Shown: positions 21,215-31,523, counted from the first letter of the stretch. The stretch is DNA of 64,000 bases from Candidatus Levyibacteriota bacterium (GCA_027459745.1 DAIDHL010000003.1:129125-193124); one strand, 5' to 3'. Notes: generated by a model from the letters alone, not told the origin. Program-made: numbers and translations.

Positions 21215-21652
21215 CTAAACAAGCTGATGTCTTTCACCATAAGAATCCCATATAAATAAACTGTCATGGGATATCAACCAAATAGCTTCATAAAAATACT
21301 CCCACTTCTTTGACCATTTAAATATTGCATTTAGTGCATTAATTATTTCATCTTGAGTAGGATTTGAAGATTCTATACCAATGATTCCAGGACAATTAAT
21401 TAAATTCTCGCGTTCTTTATGTACTCGCCGAATATCTTTTGTAACAAATATTCTAAACTGTTTTTTAGCCCTCAAAAGATGTTCGTGATCATGCACATCG
21501 ACACCCTCTTGAAGTTCTGCTGTGACCGTATCAAACCCTAACTTATTAAGATATATGGAAACATCAGGCATTCCCACATCGAGATAAAATCTTAAGGAAA
21601 GATTTCTTCTTTTTAATTTGGTGAACTTACGCTTAGTAAGCTTAATTTTCAT
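21215..21652 (-). CDS. DUF5615/Mut7-C-type PIN-like protein
   Basis: RFYLDVGM, GFDTVTA, D.E.L..A...RIFVTKD and PGII. Confidence 0.75.
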   Translation of the reverse strand: MKIKLTKRKFTKLKRRNLSLRFYLDVGMPDVSIYLNKLGFDTVTAELQEGVDVHDHEHLLRAKKQFRIFVTKDIRRVHKERENLINCPGIIGIESSNPTQDEIINALNAIFKWSKKWEYFYEAIWLISHDSLFIWDSYGERHQLV

Positions 21653-21784
21653 AAAACTTTAATTCCGTGGGTGTGGCTCTACTGTAGACTTTGAGGAAGG
21701 CAGTTAGTCTCTTCGCGTTTTATCCCGCCTAGGACAATAATTACTATATACAAAATAAGCGAGGAAATCAAGAGATTATTGATT

Positions 21785-21807
21785 GATTCTGGACAAGCCA
21801 GAATGAC
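21785..21807. repeat. REP-like palindrome, family B
   Basis: gattctggacaagccagaatgac. Confidence 0.6.
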
Positions 21808-21814
21808 GAAATTT

Positions 21815-23488
21815 TTAGCACCCTATTTTCAATGTTTGTCCGGCGCGAATTAAAGAAGAATTTAACCCATTTTGCTGCATGAGAGTACCAAACTTCGTAC
21901 CATTTCCCAACTTCAAACTTGCTATTCCCCACAACGTGTCTCCAGCTTGTACAGTGTAATTCGTGCATTTAGTAACCAAACCACTCCTGCTTGTTTCTAA
22001 ACCTAATACCTTACTACTTACTACTGACCCTTGACTACTAACTTTTACACTCATTACCCCCGACCACTCCCCCGGCATACAACCGTTTTGACCTCGCACT
22101 TTAAAATACCATGTACCTGGAAATAAATAGTTGATCGTGTATGGTACTGCACCCCCTTTATCTGTGTAATTAAAACTGGTGGTGTAACTGTCTGCATTAT
22201 TATTTATCCCGTAACTAATCGTATACCCACTGTCTTGTCCTGATACTGGGGCAAAGTATACTGTCACTGTATTGTCTGAGGCAGAAACTTGAAACAAATT
22301 AGGTAAACCAGTAGGTGCCGAATTGGAACACTCTTGTGGTTTGGGAGTTGATGGCCCTGGATTATAATTGGGATCTGTAGTCTGTGTATATCTGACTGGA
22401 TTTATAGGTGCTGGTGAACTAAACCCCTTCAACGTAGGATATCCTCCGCTATTTGTTTGCCATGTATTAACAAAATCCCAACTACTCATCGGTGCATTCG
22501 TATTATTCCCTTTGAAATAATTTGGTGTCGCATTCCCCGAATTAACAGCTGTACAAGTCGTTGCACCGGCGCCTGCACATGAATTTGTAGTCGCCAAATA
22601 TTCGTCAAAATATACACCGGTTGCAGTTGCTCCTCCATTACCAATGACAGCAGCTACATCAGTGCCCGTAGCGGAGATAACAGATACACTAAATGAGTCA
22701 GTAACTGTGCCTGTTTCATCAACTCCTACCAATCCCCCCACATTTTGTAATAATGAACCCGATAATGTAAAATTTGCATAACTATTGCTGATCTGAGAAG
22801 TGCCACCGATAGAAGTAAATCCTATCAATCCTCCTACATTGTTTGAACCCGCTGTTCCGACAGCATAACTATCGCTAATCACACTTGAATTGCCCTGCAT
22901 AGCACCAACCAATCCTCCTGTATTCAAGCCTCCATTCAGATTACCGTTATAAAAACTTTTTTCGATAGCCAAGCTTCCATTACTAACACCGACCAATCCC
23001 CCCGAATAAGCAGTTCCCGAGACATCGATCTGTGACGAGCTATGGGTAACAGTAGTCCCCGTACTTGCATCCCCTATCAAGCTCCCAACATACCAACCTG
23101 CATCTGTAACCGAACCGCTGACTACTCTGACATTTTCTATACTCGCTCCGGTTGTATAACCGAATAAGCCCGAATAGTTGGCTGACATATTAATGGTAAA
23201 GTTAGAAATTGCAAAATTTTTCCCGTCAAATGTGCCGGTGAAAGGATTGGTAGAAGAACCGATCGGAGTGATGGTTATACCACTACAATCAATATCATTA
23301 TCTTGTTGGTAGTACGCACTCAGATTATTGGCCATTTCTTCCAGCTGTGAACAAGTAGTAATTTGATAGGGATAATCACTCGTGCCGTTTCCATAACCTG
23401 AAAAAGCCAAGACAGGAGAAGTCAAAAAAAGGCTTAGTAAAAAAATAAATAAAGTGCTGAAGCTGAATTGGAATACGATTTTTTTCAT
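21815..23488 (-). CDS. Secreted GLUG-repeat beta-helix protein with FN3-like and LysM domains
   Basis: Signal peptide; GNGTSDYPYQI, FTGTFDG, repeated GGLVG; WYFKVRGQN; YTVQAGDTLWGIA. Confidence 0.85.
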   Translation of the reverse strand: MKKIVFQFSFSTLFIFLLSLFLTSPVLAFSGYGNGTSDYPYQITTCSQLEEMANNLSAYYQQDNDIDCSGITITPIGSSTNPFTGTFDGKNFAISNFTINMSANYSGLFGYTTGASIENVRVVSGSVTDAGWYVGSLIGDASTGTTVTHSSSQIDVSGTAYSGGLVGVSNGSLAIEKSFYNGNLNGGLNTGGLVGAMQGNSSVISDSYAVGTAGSNNVGGLIGFTSIGGTSQISNSYANFTLSGSLLQNVGGLVGVDETGTVTDSFSVSVISATGTDVAAVIGNGGATATGVYFDEYLATTNSCAGAGATTCTAVNSGNATPNYFKGNNTNAPMSSWDFVNTWQTNSGGYPTLKGFSSPAPINPVRYTQTTDPNYNPGPSTPKPQECSNSAPTGLPNLFQVSASDNTVTVYFAPVSGQDSGYTISYGINNNADSYTTSFNYTDKGGAVPYTINYLFPGTWYFKVRGQNGCMPGEWSGVMSVKVSSQGSVVSSKVLGLETSRSGLVTKCTNYTVQAGDTLWGIASLKLGNGTKFGTLMQQNGLNSSLIRAGQTLKIGC

Positions 23489-23530
23489 TCTATTATTAGA
23501 TTAGTGATCTACTTCACACTATGCAAGAGG

Positions 23531-23746
23531 TTATTTCCTTCCCCAACTTATATGTGCCCAAATTCGCTCATGAACATAGTACAAAATCGAGCTGGCTAGA
23601 TTAGTAAATACAACAAAACCAATGGTAATGTCATATCTATGAGTAATGGCAAAAGTAATCACAGCATCGGAGACCACTACCAGAAATCTAAAAGTCATAG
23701 ATTTAGTAAATGATCTCTGAGCCTTTTCACCTGTATATCTTTTCAT
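23531..23746 (-). CDS. DUF2061 small membrane protein
   Basis: RSFTKSMTFR...YYVHERIW...WG. Confidence 0.85.
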   Translation of the reverse strand: MKRYTGEKAQRSFTKSMTFRFLVVVSDAVITFAITHRYDITIGFVVFTNLASSILYYVHERIWAHISWGRK

Positions 23747-23893
23747 AATATTTCTAGTCTCTTTCTACTTTAAGGAATTTATCTCAGATAAAACAAGTGG
23801 CTTAAAAAATCTGTGAGCTAAATCACTGTTTTTCTTACTAAACTCTTGCATAACAATCTTGACTCGCTCATTTCAAACAGTTATAAACAAAAC

Positions 23894-24313
23894 ATGCCAA
23901 ATCGTGTAGTTCATTTTGAAATTGAAGCCCAAGACAAAAAAAGAGCCAGTAAATTTTATAGTGATGCTTTTGGCTGGGAAATGGTTACTCAACCGGAAGA
24001 ATACGGCGGATATATCATGGTGAAAACAGGTGATCCGATGGCAGCCGGTGGAATCAACGGCGGAATTTTTCAGAGGGGAGAAAAAGAACTTAATGCCTAT
24101 TCGTGTGTAATTGGGGTTGATGATATTAAAAAATCAATTGAGGATGTACGCACAGCAGGCGGAAAAGTAATCGAGCATAATACGAATGATGAAGGTAAAG
24201 ATATGGGTGAAGTTGTTGATATCCCAGGAGTGGGGTTATATGCCAAATGCGAAGACACTGAAGGCAATCATTTTACACTACTTCAACCAATTCCCGAAAG
24301 AGTATCGAAATAA
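23894..24313 (+). CDS. VOC/glyoxalase family protein
   Basis: VVHFEI, FYSDAFGW, GINGG and DTEGN. Start set at 23894. Confidence 0.9.
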   Translation: MPNRVVHFEIEAQDKKRASKFYSDAFGWEMVTQPEEYGGYIMVKTGDPMAAGGINGGIFQRGEKELNAYSCVIGVDDIKKSIEDVRTAGGKVIEHNTNDEGKDMGEVVDIPGVGLYAKCEDTEGNHFTLLQPIPERVSK

Positions 24314-24320
24314 TAAATAT

Positions 24321-24359
24321 AAAAAAATGAGATGCATCCTTTTATAGAATGCACCTCAT
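24321..24359 (-). terminator. Rho-independent terminator
   Basis: Minus strand ATGAGGTGCATTCT-loop-GGATGCATCTCAT followed by a T-run, between convergent genes. Confidence 0.75.
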
Positions 24360-24390
24360 ATATGTTTATAATCATTATCTCAACTGAACA

Positions 24391-24759
24391 TTAGATAGCC
24401 GCACGTGTAGATCGACTACTACTGCTCGAGCCTGCCGCGCTATTCCAAATTGCGACCGCCGCTACAATTATCCCCAGTATAATATCATTTATTCTGGGCC
24501 CTATATTGGCATAACCCAAAACGAATGGCGCAATGATCAGCCAAATGCCGGCGACAATATTAATCCAACTCAACCAGACAGTACTTGTAGGCGTGAAAGC
24601 CCGAATAAGCGCTAAGACTCCAACAATAATTCCCAGCCAAATATCATTTGTGCGGGGTGCATTATTTACATATCCAAGCACGAAAGGTGCAATAATCAGC
24701 CATATTCCTGCTACTACGTTTATCCAACTTGCAGTTACCGATTGATTTCTGTTTTCCAT
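24391..24759 (-). CDS. SPW repeat membrane protein
   Basis: Duplicated WIN..AGIWLIIAPFVLGY unit; SD AAAGGAGGTGA before ATG 24759. Confidence 0.88.
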   Translation of the reverse strand: MENRNQSVTASWINVVAGIWLIIAPFVLGYVNNAPRTNDIWLGIIVGVLALIRAFTPTSTVWLSWINIVAGIWLIIAPFVLGYANIGPRINDIILGIIVAAVAIWNSAAGSSSSSRSTRAAI

Positions 24760-25035
24760 CTTATCTTCACCTCCTTTCATGTGTGTTACAGTCTAGTTTT
24801 ACCATATTACGATCGGGTGAAAGTTATGCAAGATTAAGATAAGAATAAAGTAATTTACTAAAATATATAATCTATGGGTGTTTTAAGAATCGAAAGAAGA
24901 ATTTTTCTTCCTACTAAGAAAGAAAATAATAACTAACAATATTAAGACTACTAAAATCCTATAATGCAAGCATGGCCGATAGAGAACAAGAGGTATAATC
25001 CAGTCTGTATAATAAATATGCTAGAATTAACTATA

Positions 25036-25713
25036 ATGTCATCTTTAGCCAAAAAAACTTTATCAAATACCTTGCTCTTCTTCCTTGGCTTAGCTTTATT
25101 AATTTTTCTACCTTCCATGACATTAAATTTTTGGCAAGGATGGGTTTATTTGTCAGTATTTTACATTTGCGTTGTATTAATAACCATATACTTTCTTAAA
25201 ACAGATCCAAAATTAATGGAAAGCCGTTTAAAAGCCGGCCCCACAGCTGAAAAAGAAATTGAACAAAAGAAAATTCAAACATTTACAGCGATCTGTCTTT
25301 TACTCCTATTTGTTTCTTGTGGTCTTAACCAACTATATCAGTGGAACTCTCTTAACCCAATTATTAATTTATTTGCCAACCTGTTTCTAATCGTAGGTTT
25401 TGCAATTGTATTCTTGACTTTTAAAATTAACAGCCACACTTCTGCTGTGATAGAGGTCGACAAAAATCAGAAAGTCATCTCTACTGGTGTTTATAGTCTG
25501 GTTCGCCATCCAATGTATCTTGGAGCTGTCCTGATTTTAGTCGCCACTCCTTTGGCTCTAAATTCATTATATTCACTATTCTTCTCTTTTGCAGGAATTT
25601 ATGGGGTGATTCTTCGATTAATCGCTGAAGAAAAATATCTTACTAAAAACTTATCAGGGTATCAGGGATTTTGCAAAAAAACTCGTTATCATCTCATACC
25701 CTTTGTTTGGTGA
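25036..25713 (+). CDS. Isoprenylcysteine carboxylmethyltransferase family membrane protein
   Basis: QKVISTGVYSLVRHPMY, EEKYL and RYHLIP. Confidence 0.88.
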   Translation: MSSLAKKTLSNTLLFFLGLALLIFLPSMTLNFWQGWVYLSVFYICVVLITIYFLKTDPKLMESRLKAGPTAEKEIEQKKIQTFTAICLLLLFVSCGLNQLYQWNSLNPIINLFANLFLIVGFAIVFLTFKINSHTSAVIEVDKNQKVISTGVYSLVRHPMYLGAVLILVATPLALNSLYSLFFSFAGIYGVILRLIAEEKYLTKNLSGYQGFCKKTRYHLIPFVW

Positions 25714-25764
25714 TAAAAAACCAAATACGTTTTATTGAAATCAGTTCTTTTATAACTATAATTT

Positions 25765-26211
25765 ATGCAAGGTATCCCCAAAATTCCCTATTTCATCACA
25801 TCACGTTACCGTGTAGCCACAATGGTGGAATTGGCCAATGTAAAACCTACAGATATTGCTGCTGATCTTGGAAGTGGAGATGGAAGGATTTCTATTTCAT
25901 TAGCTAAAGCTGGCATTAAATATGTTGATGCATATGAAATAGATGATAACTTACGTTTAATAGCTACAAATTTAATCAAAAAAGATAATATCTACAATAT
26001 CAATCTTCTAAATCAAGATTTTTGGACGGTTAGTTTGTCCAAATATAATATAATCTGCTGTTATCCAATGCCAACCATAATGGGCCGTTTAGAAAGAAAA
26101 TTAAAAGAAGAGTTACAGCCTGGTACAAGAGTACTCTTAAATTACTTCCCTTTCCTACACTGGAAAGAAGAAATAATCAAAGATAATATTTACTTATACC
26201 TAAAAAAGTAA
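25765..26211 (+). CDS. Class I SAM-dependent methyltransferase
   Basis: DLGSGDGR, YEID and ELQPGTRV. Confidence 0.88.
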   Translation: MQGIPKIPYFITSRYRVATMVELANVKPTDIAADLGSGDGRISISLAKAGIKYVDAYEIDDNLRLIATNLIKKDNIYNINLLNQDFWTVSLSKYNIICCYPMPTIMGRLERKLKEELQPGTRVLLNYFPFLHWKEEIIKDNIYLYLKK

Positions 26212-26323
26212 CTCCTCTTGTATATTGATTAACGCCTATTATTTAATTAATACCAACTCAATCGCCAAGGTTCTATTTAGCTAAATTAATCTTAAATTGT
26301 AAGCAAATAAAAGTTCCCCTCTC

Positions 26324-26647
26324 TCATTTGGGAGAGCTTTTAACTCGACTTTTTGCGGACTTACTATCCAGGATCTTATCCTGAATTTGATCTTTTTTTT
26401 CCATCGCGGTCTCCCGCGCATCATGTAAAGTTTCACTCGCCTGATCTTTGACCTTAGTCAACATATCTTTGACTTTGGCTCTATTCTTTTCGTCTCTTAG
26501 TGCAGCAGCTCCTGCAATTGCCACTCCTGCACCTATCACAGCTCCTGCAGCACCCGCTACAACGGGATTAATTACATCTTTATCATGGACTCTTTTTTTA
26601 TGATCTCCCTTATGATCATGATTATGATTATGATTTTGATCTGCCAT
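26324..26647 (-). CDS. Hypothetical protein (YtxH-like architecture)
   Basis: Gly/Ala hydrophobic segment followed by a charged helix; strong SD upstream. Confidence 0.6.
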   Translation of the reverse strand: MADQNHNHNHDHKGDHKKRVHDKDVINPVVAGAAGAVIGAGVAIAGAAALRDEKNRAKVKDMLTKVKDQASETLHDARETAMEKKDQIQDKILDSKSAKSRVKSSPK

Positions 26648-26684
26648 TAACATCACCTCCTTCTATAAATAAACTCTATTGAAT

Positions 26685-27815
26685 CTAATTATCATCATTC
26701 AAATTAAGTTGTTTGGCTTGATGTCTGGGGTACCACAAAGCAGGAAACTGTTCTGCTGAGATAATGCTTTCATAAATCATTTCATACTCACTTGTCATTC
26801 TCTTAGCACTGAATCTATTCAATGCATAAGACCTGCAATAATGCCTATTTACCTCCTTAGCGTTATCTTTAATAAGTTGGGCTAATTCGTCCACTGTATC
26901 AGCAATCCAGCCGGTTTTTCCCTGCTGAATAATCTCAGGCATTGATCCCCGATTAAAAGCCGCAACAGGGGTTCCACACGCCATTGATTCAATCAGAGTT
27001 AATCCGAAAGGTTCTTCCCAGTCTAGAGTGTGCATAAAACATAAGGCGTTCGCCATCAGATCATTTCTTTCTTCTTGCGTTACTTCACCTATCCAGCATA
27101 TTTGCTCACCATCAATAAACGGTTTTACTTTCTCTTCATAATATGGTTTATCAACCTCGTCCAGTTTAGCTGCGATGATCAAGGGCAAATTCAATTTTTT
27201 AGCAATAGCTATAGCATGATGCACTCCTTTGATAGAAGCGATTCTCCCCACGTGTAATAAATAACTGCCCGGCCTGGCGGCAAAAGGATACTCATGCATT
27301 TCCAGTCCATTGTGAACTGTGGCAATGTAATTTAAATTTGGTGCAGGTTTTTTCTGTGCCTCCGAAATGGCCACTAGATAGGCGCGATTTAGTTTTTCAT
27401 AATTCTGTATGTTATGTTCAGTCAAAACACTATGCAACGTAGAAATCACTGGGACTTTAGAATATTGACCAAATGTTAAGCCCAAAGGCAGACTACGTAA
27501 AGTCGTATGATCATGAATAATGTCAAATTCCGCTGCCATTTTATAAGCTTTTACCAAATGTTGTACAAATGCCATGGTTCTTTGTGCATCGTCAAAAGGA
27601 CTCATATCCCGTGGGAATTGTTCCCTAATTCCTTTTGGAAAAGTCGATATTAACCTTGCGGAAGTCTTGGAGTCACCACTAGCAAATAGTGTCACATCAT
27701 GCCCACGATGTACTAATTCTTCGGTAAGAGCATAAACCACCCTTTCGGTCCCACCGTATTTTTTAGGTGGTACACTTTCATAGGGTGGAGCAATTTGTGC
27801 AATTTTCATAAACAT
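26685..27815 (-). CDS. Glycosyltransferase family 4
   Basis: VPPKKYGGTERVV, GHDVTLFA and EPFGLTLIESMACGTP. Confidence 0.93.
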   Translation of the reverse strand: MFMKIAQIAPPYESVPPKKYGGTERVVYALTEELVHRGHDVTLFASGDSKTSARLISTFPKGIREQFPRDMSPFDDAQRTMAFVQHLVKAYKMAAEFDIIHDHTTLRSLPLGLTFGQYSKVPVISTLHSVLTEHNIQNYEKLNRAYLVAISEAQKKPAPNLNYIATVHNGLEMHEYPFAARPGSYLLHVGRIASIKGVHHAIAIAKKLNLPLIIAAKLDEVDKPYYEEKVKPFIDGEQICWIGEVTQEERNDLMANALCFMHTLDWEEPFGLTLIESMACGTPVAAFNRGSMPEIIQQGKTGWIADTVDELAQLIKDNAKEVNRHYCRSYALNRFSAKRMTSEYEMIYESIISAEQFPALWYPRHQAKQLNLNDDN

Positions 27816-27885
27816 CAGCAGTATACTTTTGAGGCTTAAGATTTAAAACATAACCAAGTAAGAATAACGCAAGAGGGATTTGAAG

Positions 27886-29184
27886 CTATTTGATCATGGA
27901 TATGAGTAAATCGTAGGCAGATGCTGCCGACCATGCTTGATTCATACAACTCTGCTGCCCACTGAAAGGATTTTTATAAGTTAAATATCGCCCCTGGCTT
28001 TCTATATATAACTCAATTGGCAAACCAAAATGTTGCAAAGCACTCAAGGTAGCCCTACTTAACATGGCTGCCTCAGAAAAATAATCAAAATTATGCAAGC
28101 CCTCTATGATCAAACCATTAAGCATTGGCCAAAAACTACCATTGTGATATGAAGCCTCAGTCGGATCAAAAGTTAACGATTTTGAACTCATGGTACGCAT
28201 CCCAGCTCCTGGTACAAATAAATCATCGGCAAATGCCCTCTGTACAAGCGAATCCAAATAATTATTATCAACTATACATTCAACTTGTTCCCCCACCTCA
28301 TAAGCAGCCCATAAACAAATCAAAGGATGGGATGTGACTGTTTTAATTTGTGTTTTATGCCCATCCAGTGCCTGAGCCAGATATAACCCATCGGCTGTAC
28401 TCATTAAGAACATACGATTAAATCTTTTTTTCATTTTTGCAGCAAAACGCTCTAATTTTTGACTGAATTTATGGTTTTTAGTTTCAGGATAAGCATCAGT
28501 AAAATAATCCGCCCATAGCTTTAACGCCAACCAGGCTATTCCTTGTACCTCAACAGGAGCAATCGGATAGTCAGGCAATTTACCTTCTTTATCAGCCAAA
28601 GATGGGATTGAATCTGCCCATGATTGAACTGCTAAGCCTCCATGTTCGCGCTCTATAGGTAAGGAATATTCTAATAAGTAATCATGATCCATATCTCCAT
28701 ATGACATTATCCACTTTAGGCCTAGCTCAACCGCTGGCAAAACAGTTAGCATAAAATTAGCGTCTTTAGTTAATTCCCAATAACGATAGATAGCAATCAA
28801 ACCTAGAGGTGTAGCATCAATACTGTCATAATTGCGCAATTTTTTATCAGGGTAAACATACCAAGGTCTTTTTCGTCCAGTCAGTCGTTCATAATTGTCT
28901 ACTCTATATTCATGAATGAATTTACCTGGCTGTTCTCCGCTTTCAATATTTGAGTTTTTTCCTTGTAGTTCTATATGTTTAAGTAAACTTTTCTTACATG
29001 TGGATAATAACTTCTCATCTGGACGTAGTTTAATGGTATGAAGAATTTTGAGAATTGTTATGAAACTATCACGTCCGAAGATGCATCCATAAACCTCACT
29101 TTTACCCGAGGCATTGAAACCTTCTTCATGTGATAATTCATTTAGACAAAAATAAATTTTCTTTTCTAATTCTTCTATTGGCAT
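27886..29184 (-). CDS. Amylo-alpha-1,6-glucosidase/GDE-like (alpha/alpha)6 glycoside hydrolase
   Basis: FGRDS, EQPGKFIHE, SIDATPL, QSWADS, YHNGSFWP and QAWS. Confidence 0.88.
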   Translation of the reverse strand: MPIEELEKKIYFCLNELSHEEGFNASGKSEVYGCIFGRDSFITILKILHTIKLRPDEKLLSTCKKSLLKHIELQGKNSNIESGEQPGKFIHEYRVDNYERLTGRKRPWYVYPDKKLRNYDSIDATPLGLIAIYRYWELTKDANFMLTVLPAVELGLKWIMSYGDMDHDYLLEYSLPIEREHGGLAVQSWADSIPSLADKEGKLPDYPIAPVEVQGIAWLALKLWADYFTDAYPETKNHKFSQKLERFAAKMKKRFNRMFLMSTADGLYLAQALDGHKTQIKTVTSHPLICLWAAYEVGEQVECIVDNNYLDSLVQRAFADDLFVPGAGMRTMSSKSLTFDPTEASYHNGSFWPMLNGLIIEGLHNFDYFSEAAMLSRATLSALQHFGLPIELYIESQGRYLTYKNPFSGQQSCMNQAWSAASAYDLLISMIK

Positions 29185-29265
29185 GAGCACAAAAATAAAT
29201 ACTGTTTTACTAACTTATCTCTCACGGAGAACAGTGTCAAGCAGAACCGTAGTTAAAAGGGTCAA

Positions 29266-29655
29266 TTATTGCTCTAAATAATCTCTCAATGGACCTAAAT
29301 AATATTCTCCCCACCCATCGCTTATACCTTTAGCATATTCATCAGGCACATCTACTTGCAGTAAGTCTACCTGCGTACCTTCTTTTTCCGGACTTAACAT
29401 AAAATTTACGATTGAAGGTTTATCCCAAGGTTTGTCTTCCATGCTATACCATTCCTGAATCAACTGTTTTTGATGCACTACTTTTATATTTTTCCCCCAG
29501 ATATTTCCGCCCCACAAAGAAAATTCTGTACCGGTTCTTTCATCCATACGCGCAGGGGCTGCACTCCAGTTCTGAATGTCTTTAGCATTAGTTAAAGCTG
29601 TCCAAACCTCTTCAGGAGAAGCTTTTATATGATATGTTTGTTTAATTGTTTTCAT
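29266..29655 (-). CDS. SRPBCC (AHSA1-like) protein
   Basis: ASPEEVWTALT, FSLWGG and GWGEYY. Confidence 0.85.
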   Translation of the reverse strand: MKTIKQTYHIKASPEEVWTALTNAKDIQNWSAAPARMDERTGTEFSLWGGNIWGKNIKVVHQKQLIQEWYSMEDKPWDKPSIVNFMLSPEKEGTQVDLLQVDVPDEYAKGISDGWGEYYLGPLRDYLEQ

Positions 29656-29828
29656 TTGAAGCTTACTTAAGATAATCGCCCTCGTTATTAGTCTAGCTGG
29701 TATATAGATGAGCTGTCAATTTATTTTTTTTGCACAATTATATACGTTAACACATCTATTATGACATTGCAAGACAATAGTTTCAGTACTTGAGAATCAA
29801 GGGAAAATTAGCTAGTATTGTAATAAAT

Positions 29829-29921
29829 ATGAATTTAAACGATTTTAAAAACAATAAGATGTTGTGGCTGGTTGCCGCTATTCTTGCCGCAGTCGCATTG
29901 TTCTTTGGCATTGTTAGATAG
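29829..29921 (+). CDS. Putative 30-aa single-TM small protein
   Basis: Manual translation MNLNDFKNNKMLWLVAAILAAVALFFGIVR*. Confidence 0.45.
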   Translation: MNLNDFKNNKMLWLVAAILAAVALFFGIVR

Positions 29922-30008
29922 TACACTTCAAAACTATCCTTGGTAGTATTTATAAGATCAAATTTTAGTAATCCTTTCCTTGTCATCCGCGGTAAGACAA
30001 AGATAATT

Positions 30009-30773
30009 TTAAGCTTTCTGCTCATGCTCATTAGCGTAAATTGCTAGCGCATCACGCATGAAAACAGCCAAGCCATTAGCGCGTTTCTCATAAAAGTCTC
30101 TAAAGCTAGGGTCATCGACATACATTTGGCCGAGATTTTTAAACATTTTATAACTAAGATCATAAAAGTTACGCAAATGTTGGTAAAAACGTTCGACTTG
30201 AACTTGTACTCCACTACTATCTGTAGATACACCACTTTTAAACTGCGCTGTAAATTGTTTGTAAATATCTTCAGATTCATTCTTGATCCTTTCCCAGTCA
30301 GCTTTAGTCATTTTATTTGCTCTCTCTTTTGACTGTTTATAAGCTTGAGTTTGACCCCATCTTTGTTCTACTTCATCTTTGTATTTTTGATAAGTCGGAT
30401 CATTAAAGACAGAAAATTTATCATCATTACTCATACTTTCACCCCCTTTCAAGGAATTAATCGTTTTATCTATGGTCAATAACAAGTGTTCCAATCTCTT
30501 TTTCTTCAGTTCTAATAAACTTCTCTGATCATTCAATGCCTGTAAAGAATCAAATTCTGTGGCTTGCATAATCTGCTTAATTTTTTCCAAAGGAAATTCT
30601 AATTCACGAAAAAACAAGATTTGTTGTAGTTTTGTTAGTTCTTGATCACTATAAACTCGATAACCATTTTCCTTTATAGCCGATGGCTTTAGTAAACCAA
30701 TTTCATCATAATAGTGAATTGCCCGCACACTGATACCTGCTAAATTGGATAATTTTTTAACCGTGTAGTTCAT
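30009..30773 (-). CDS. MerR-family regulator with TipAS domain (TipA/Mta-like)
   Basis: SVRAIHYYDEIGLLKP, NGYRVY, EVEQRWG and LGQMYVDDPSF. Confidence 0.93.
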   Translation of the reverse strand: MNYTVKKLSNLAGISVRAIHYYDEIGLLKPSAIKENGYRVYSDQELTKLQQILFFRELEFPLEKIKQIMQATEFDSLQALNDQRSLLELKKKRLEHLLLTIDKTINSLKGGESMSNDDKFSVFNDPTYQKYKDEVEQRWGQTQAYKQSKERANKMTKADWERIKNESEDIYKQFTAQFKSGVSTDSSGVQVQVERFYQHLRNFYDLSYKMFKNLGQMYVDDPSFRDFYEKRANGLAVFMRDALAIYANEHEQKA

Positions 30774-30781
30774 ATATAGGC

Positions 30782-30812
30782 ATTATAAACTATTACGTAA
30801 CGGAAGGGTCAA
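30782..30812 (-). promoter_or_regulatory. MerR-type promoter/operator (TTGACC-19 bp-TATAAT)
   Basis: 19-bp spacer CTTCCGTTACGTAATAGTT contains a dyad; the ATG lies 8 nt after the -10 box. Confidence 0.85.
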
Positions 30813-31003
30813 GAGTTTATTAAAAACTATTTAATTAATTTTAGTTTTGAATCTCAGGAGCTTTTAGCCGGCTGCGTATTTCATTCAACTCTTATAGTGC
30901 TAAATTGTTATAAGCATTCAACAATTTAATAATTTAACAATATAACAATCATTTTATTACTACTAGGATTGTTACTTTCATTCACTGACCTACTAAAATA
31001 AGA

Positions 31004-31516
31004 TTATACCTGGATCCAATATCTCATCTTACTTGGCTGGCCAGCAGATTCTCCCTCGATAATATTTTCTAATACTCCCCCATTAGCTTCGATGATCTTG
31101 CGGGAACCGATATTTGTCTCATCACACGTGACTAAAACCTTTTTTAAACCTAATTTCCCTGCCTCGATCAATCCTAAACTCAATGCTTCTTTACCATAAC
31201 CCATTCTCCTTTTACTTGGTTTGATGTAATAACCAATATGACCACCATATTTTAGTAAATGTTCATTTAACTCATGACGTATTTGCAATCTGCCGATTAC
31301 TTCTTCTCCAACTATCAGCCAAAAAGTAGAAGCAGGCACATAACCTGGCGGCAGACTTAAACCATACACGTTATCTTTTAATCGCTTTACGAAATCGGCA
31401 AAAGATTCCTTCTCTGCTGGTTTTTCCAAGATGGTAATGCTTCTTTCATGTTTGGAATCCACCAAAGCATCCATATATGCTTGTTTATATTTTAACGAAG
31501 GTGTAATTAATTTCAT
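31004..31516 (-). CDS. GNAT N-acetyltransferase
   Basis: GHIGYYIKPSKRRMGYG, CDETNIGSRKIIEANGG. Confidence 0.9.
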   Translation of the reverse strand: MKLITPSLKYKQAYMDALVDSKHERSITILEKPAEKESFADFVKRLKDNVYGLSLPPGYVPASTFWLIVGEEVIGRLQIRHELNEHLLKYGGHIGYYIKPSKRRMGYGKEALSLGLIEAGKLGLKKVLVTCDETNIGSRKIIEANGGVLENIIEGESAGQPSKMRYWIQV

Positions 31517-31523
31517 AATCTAT

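Noticed and set aside
29783-30031. 82-aa minus-strand ORF downstream of tipA
   Set aside because: It has no recognisable features; the opposite-strand 30-aa TM ORF is more protein-like. Not fully excluded.
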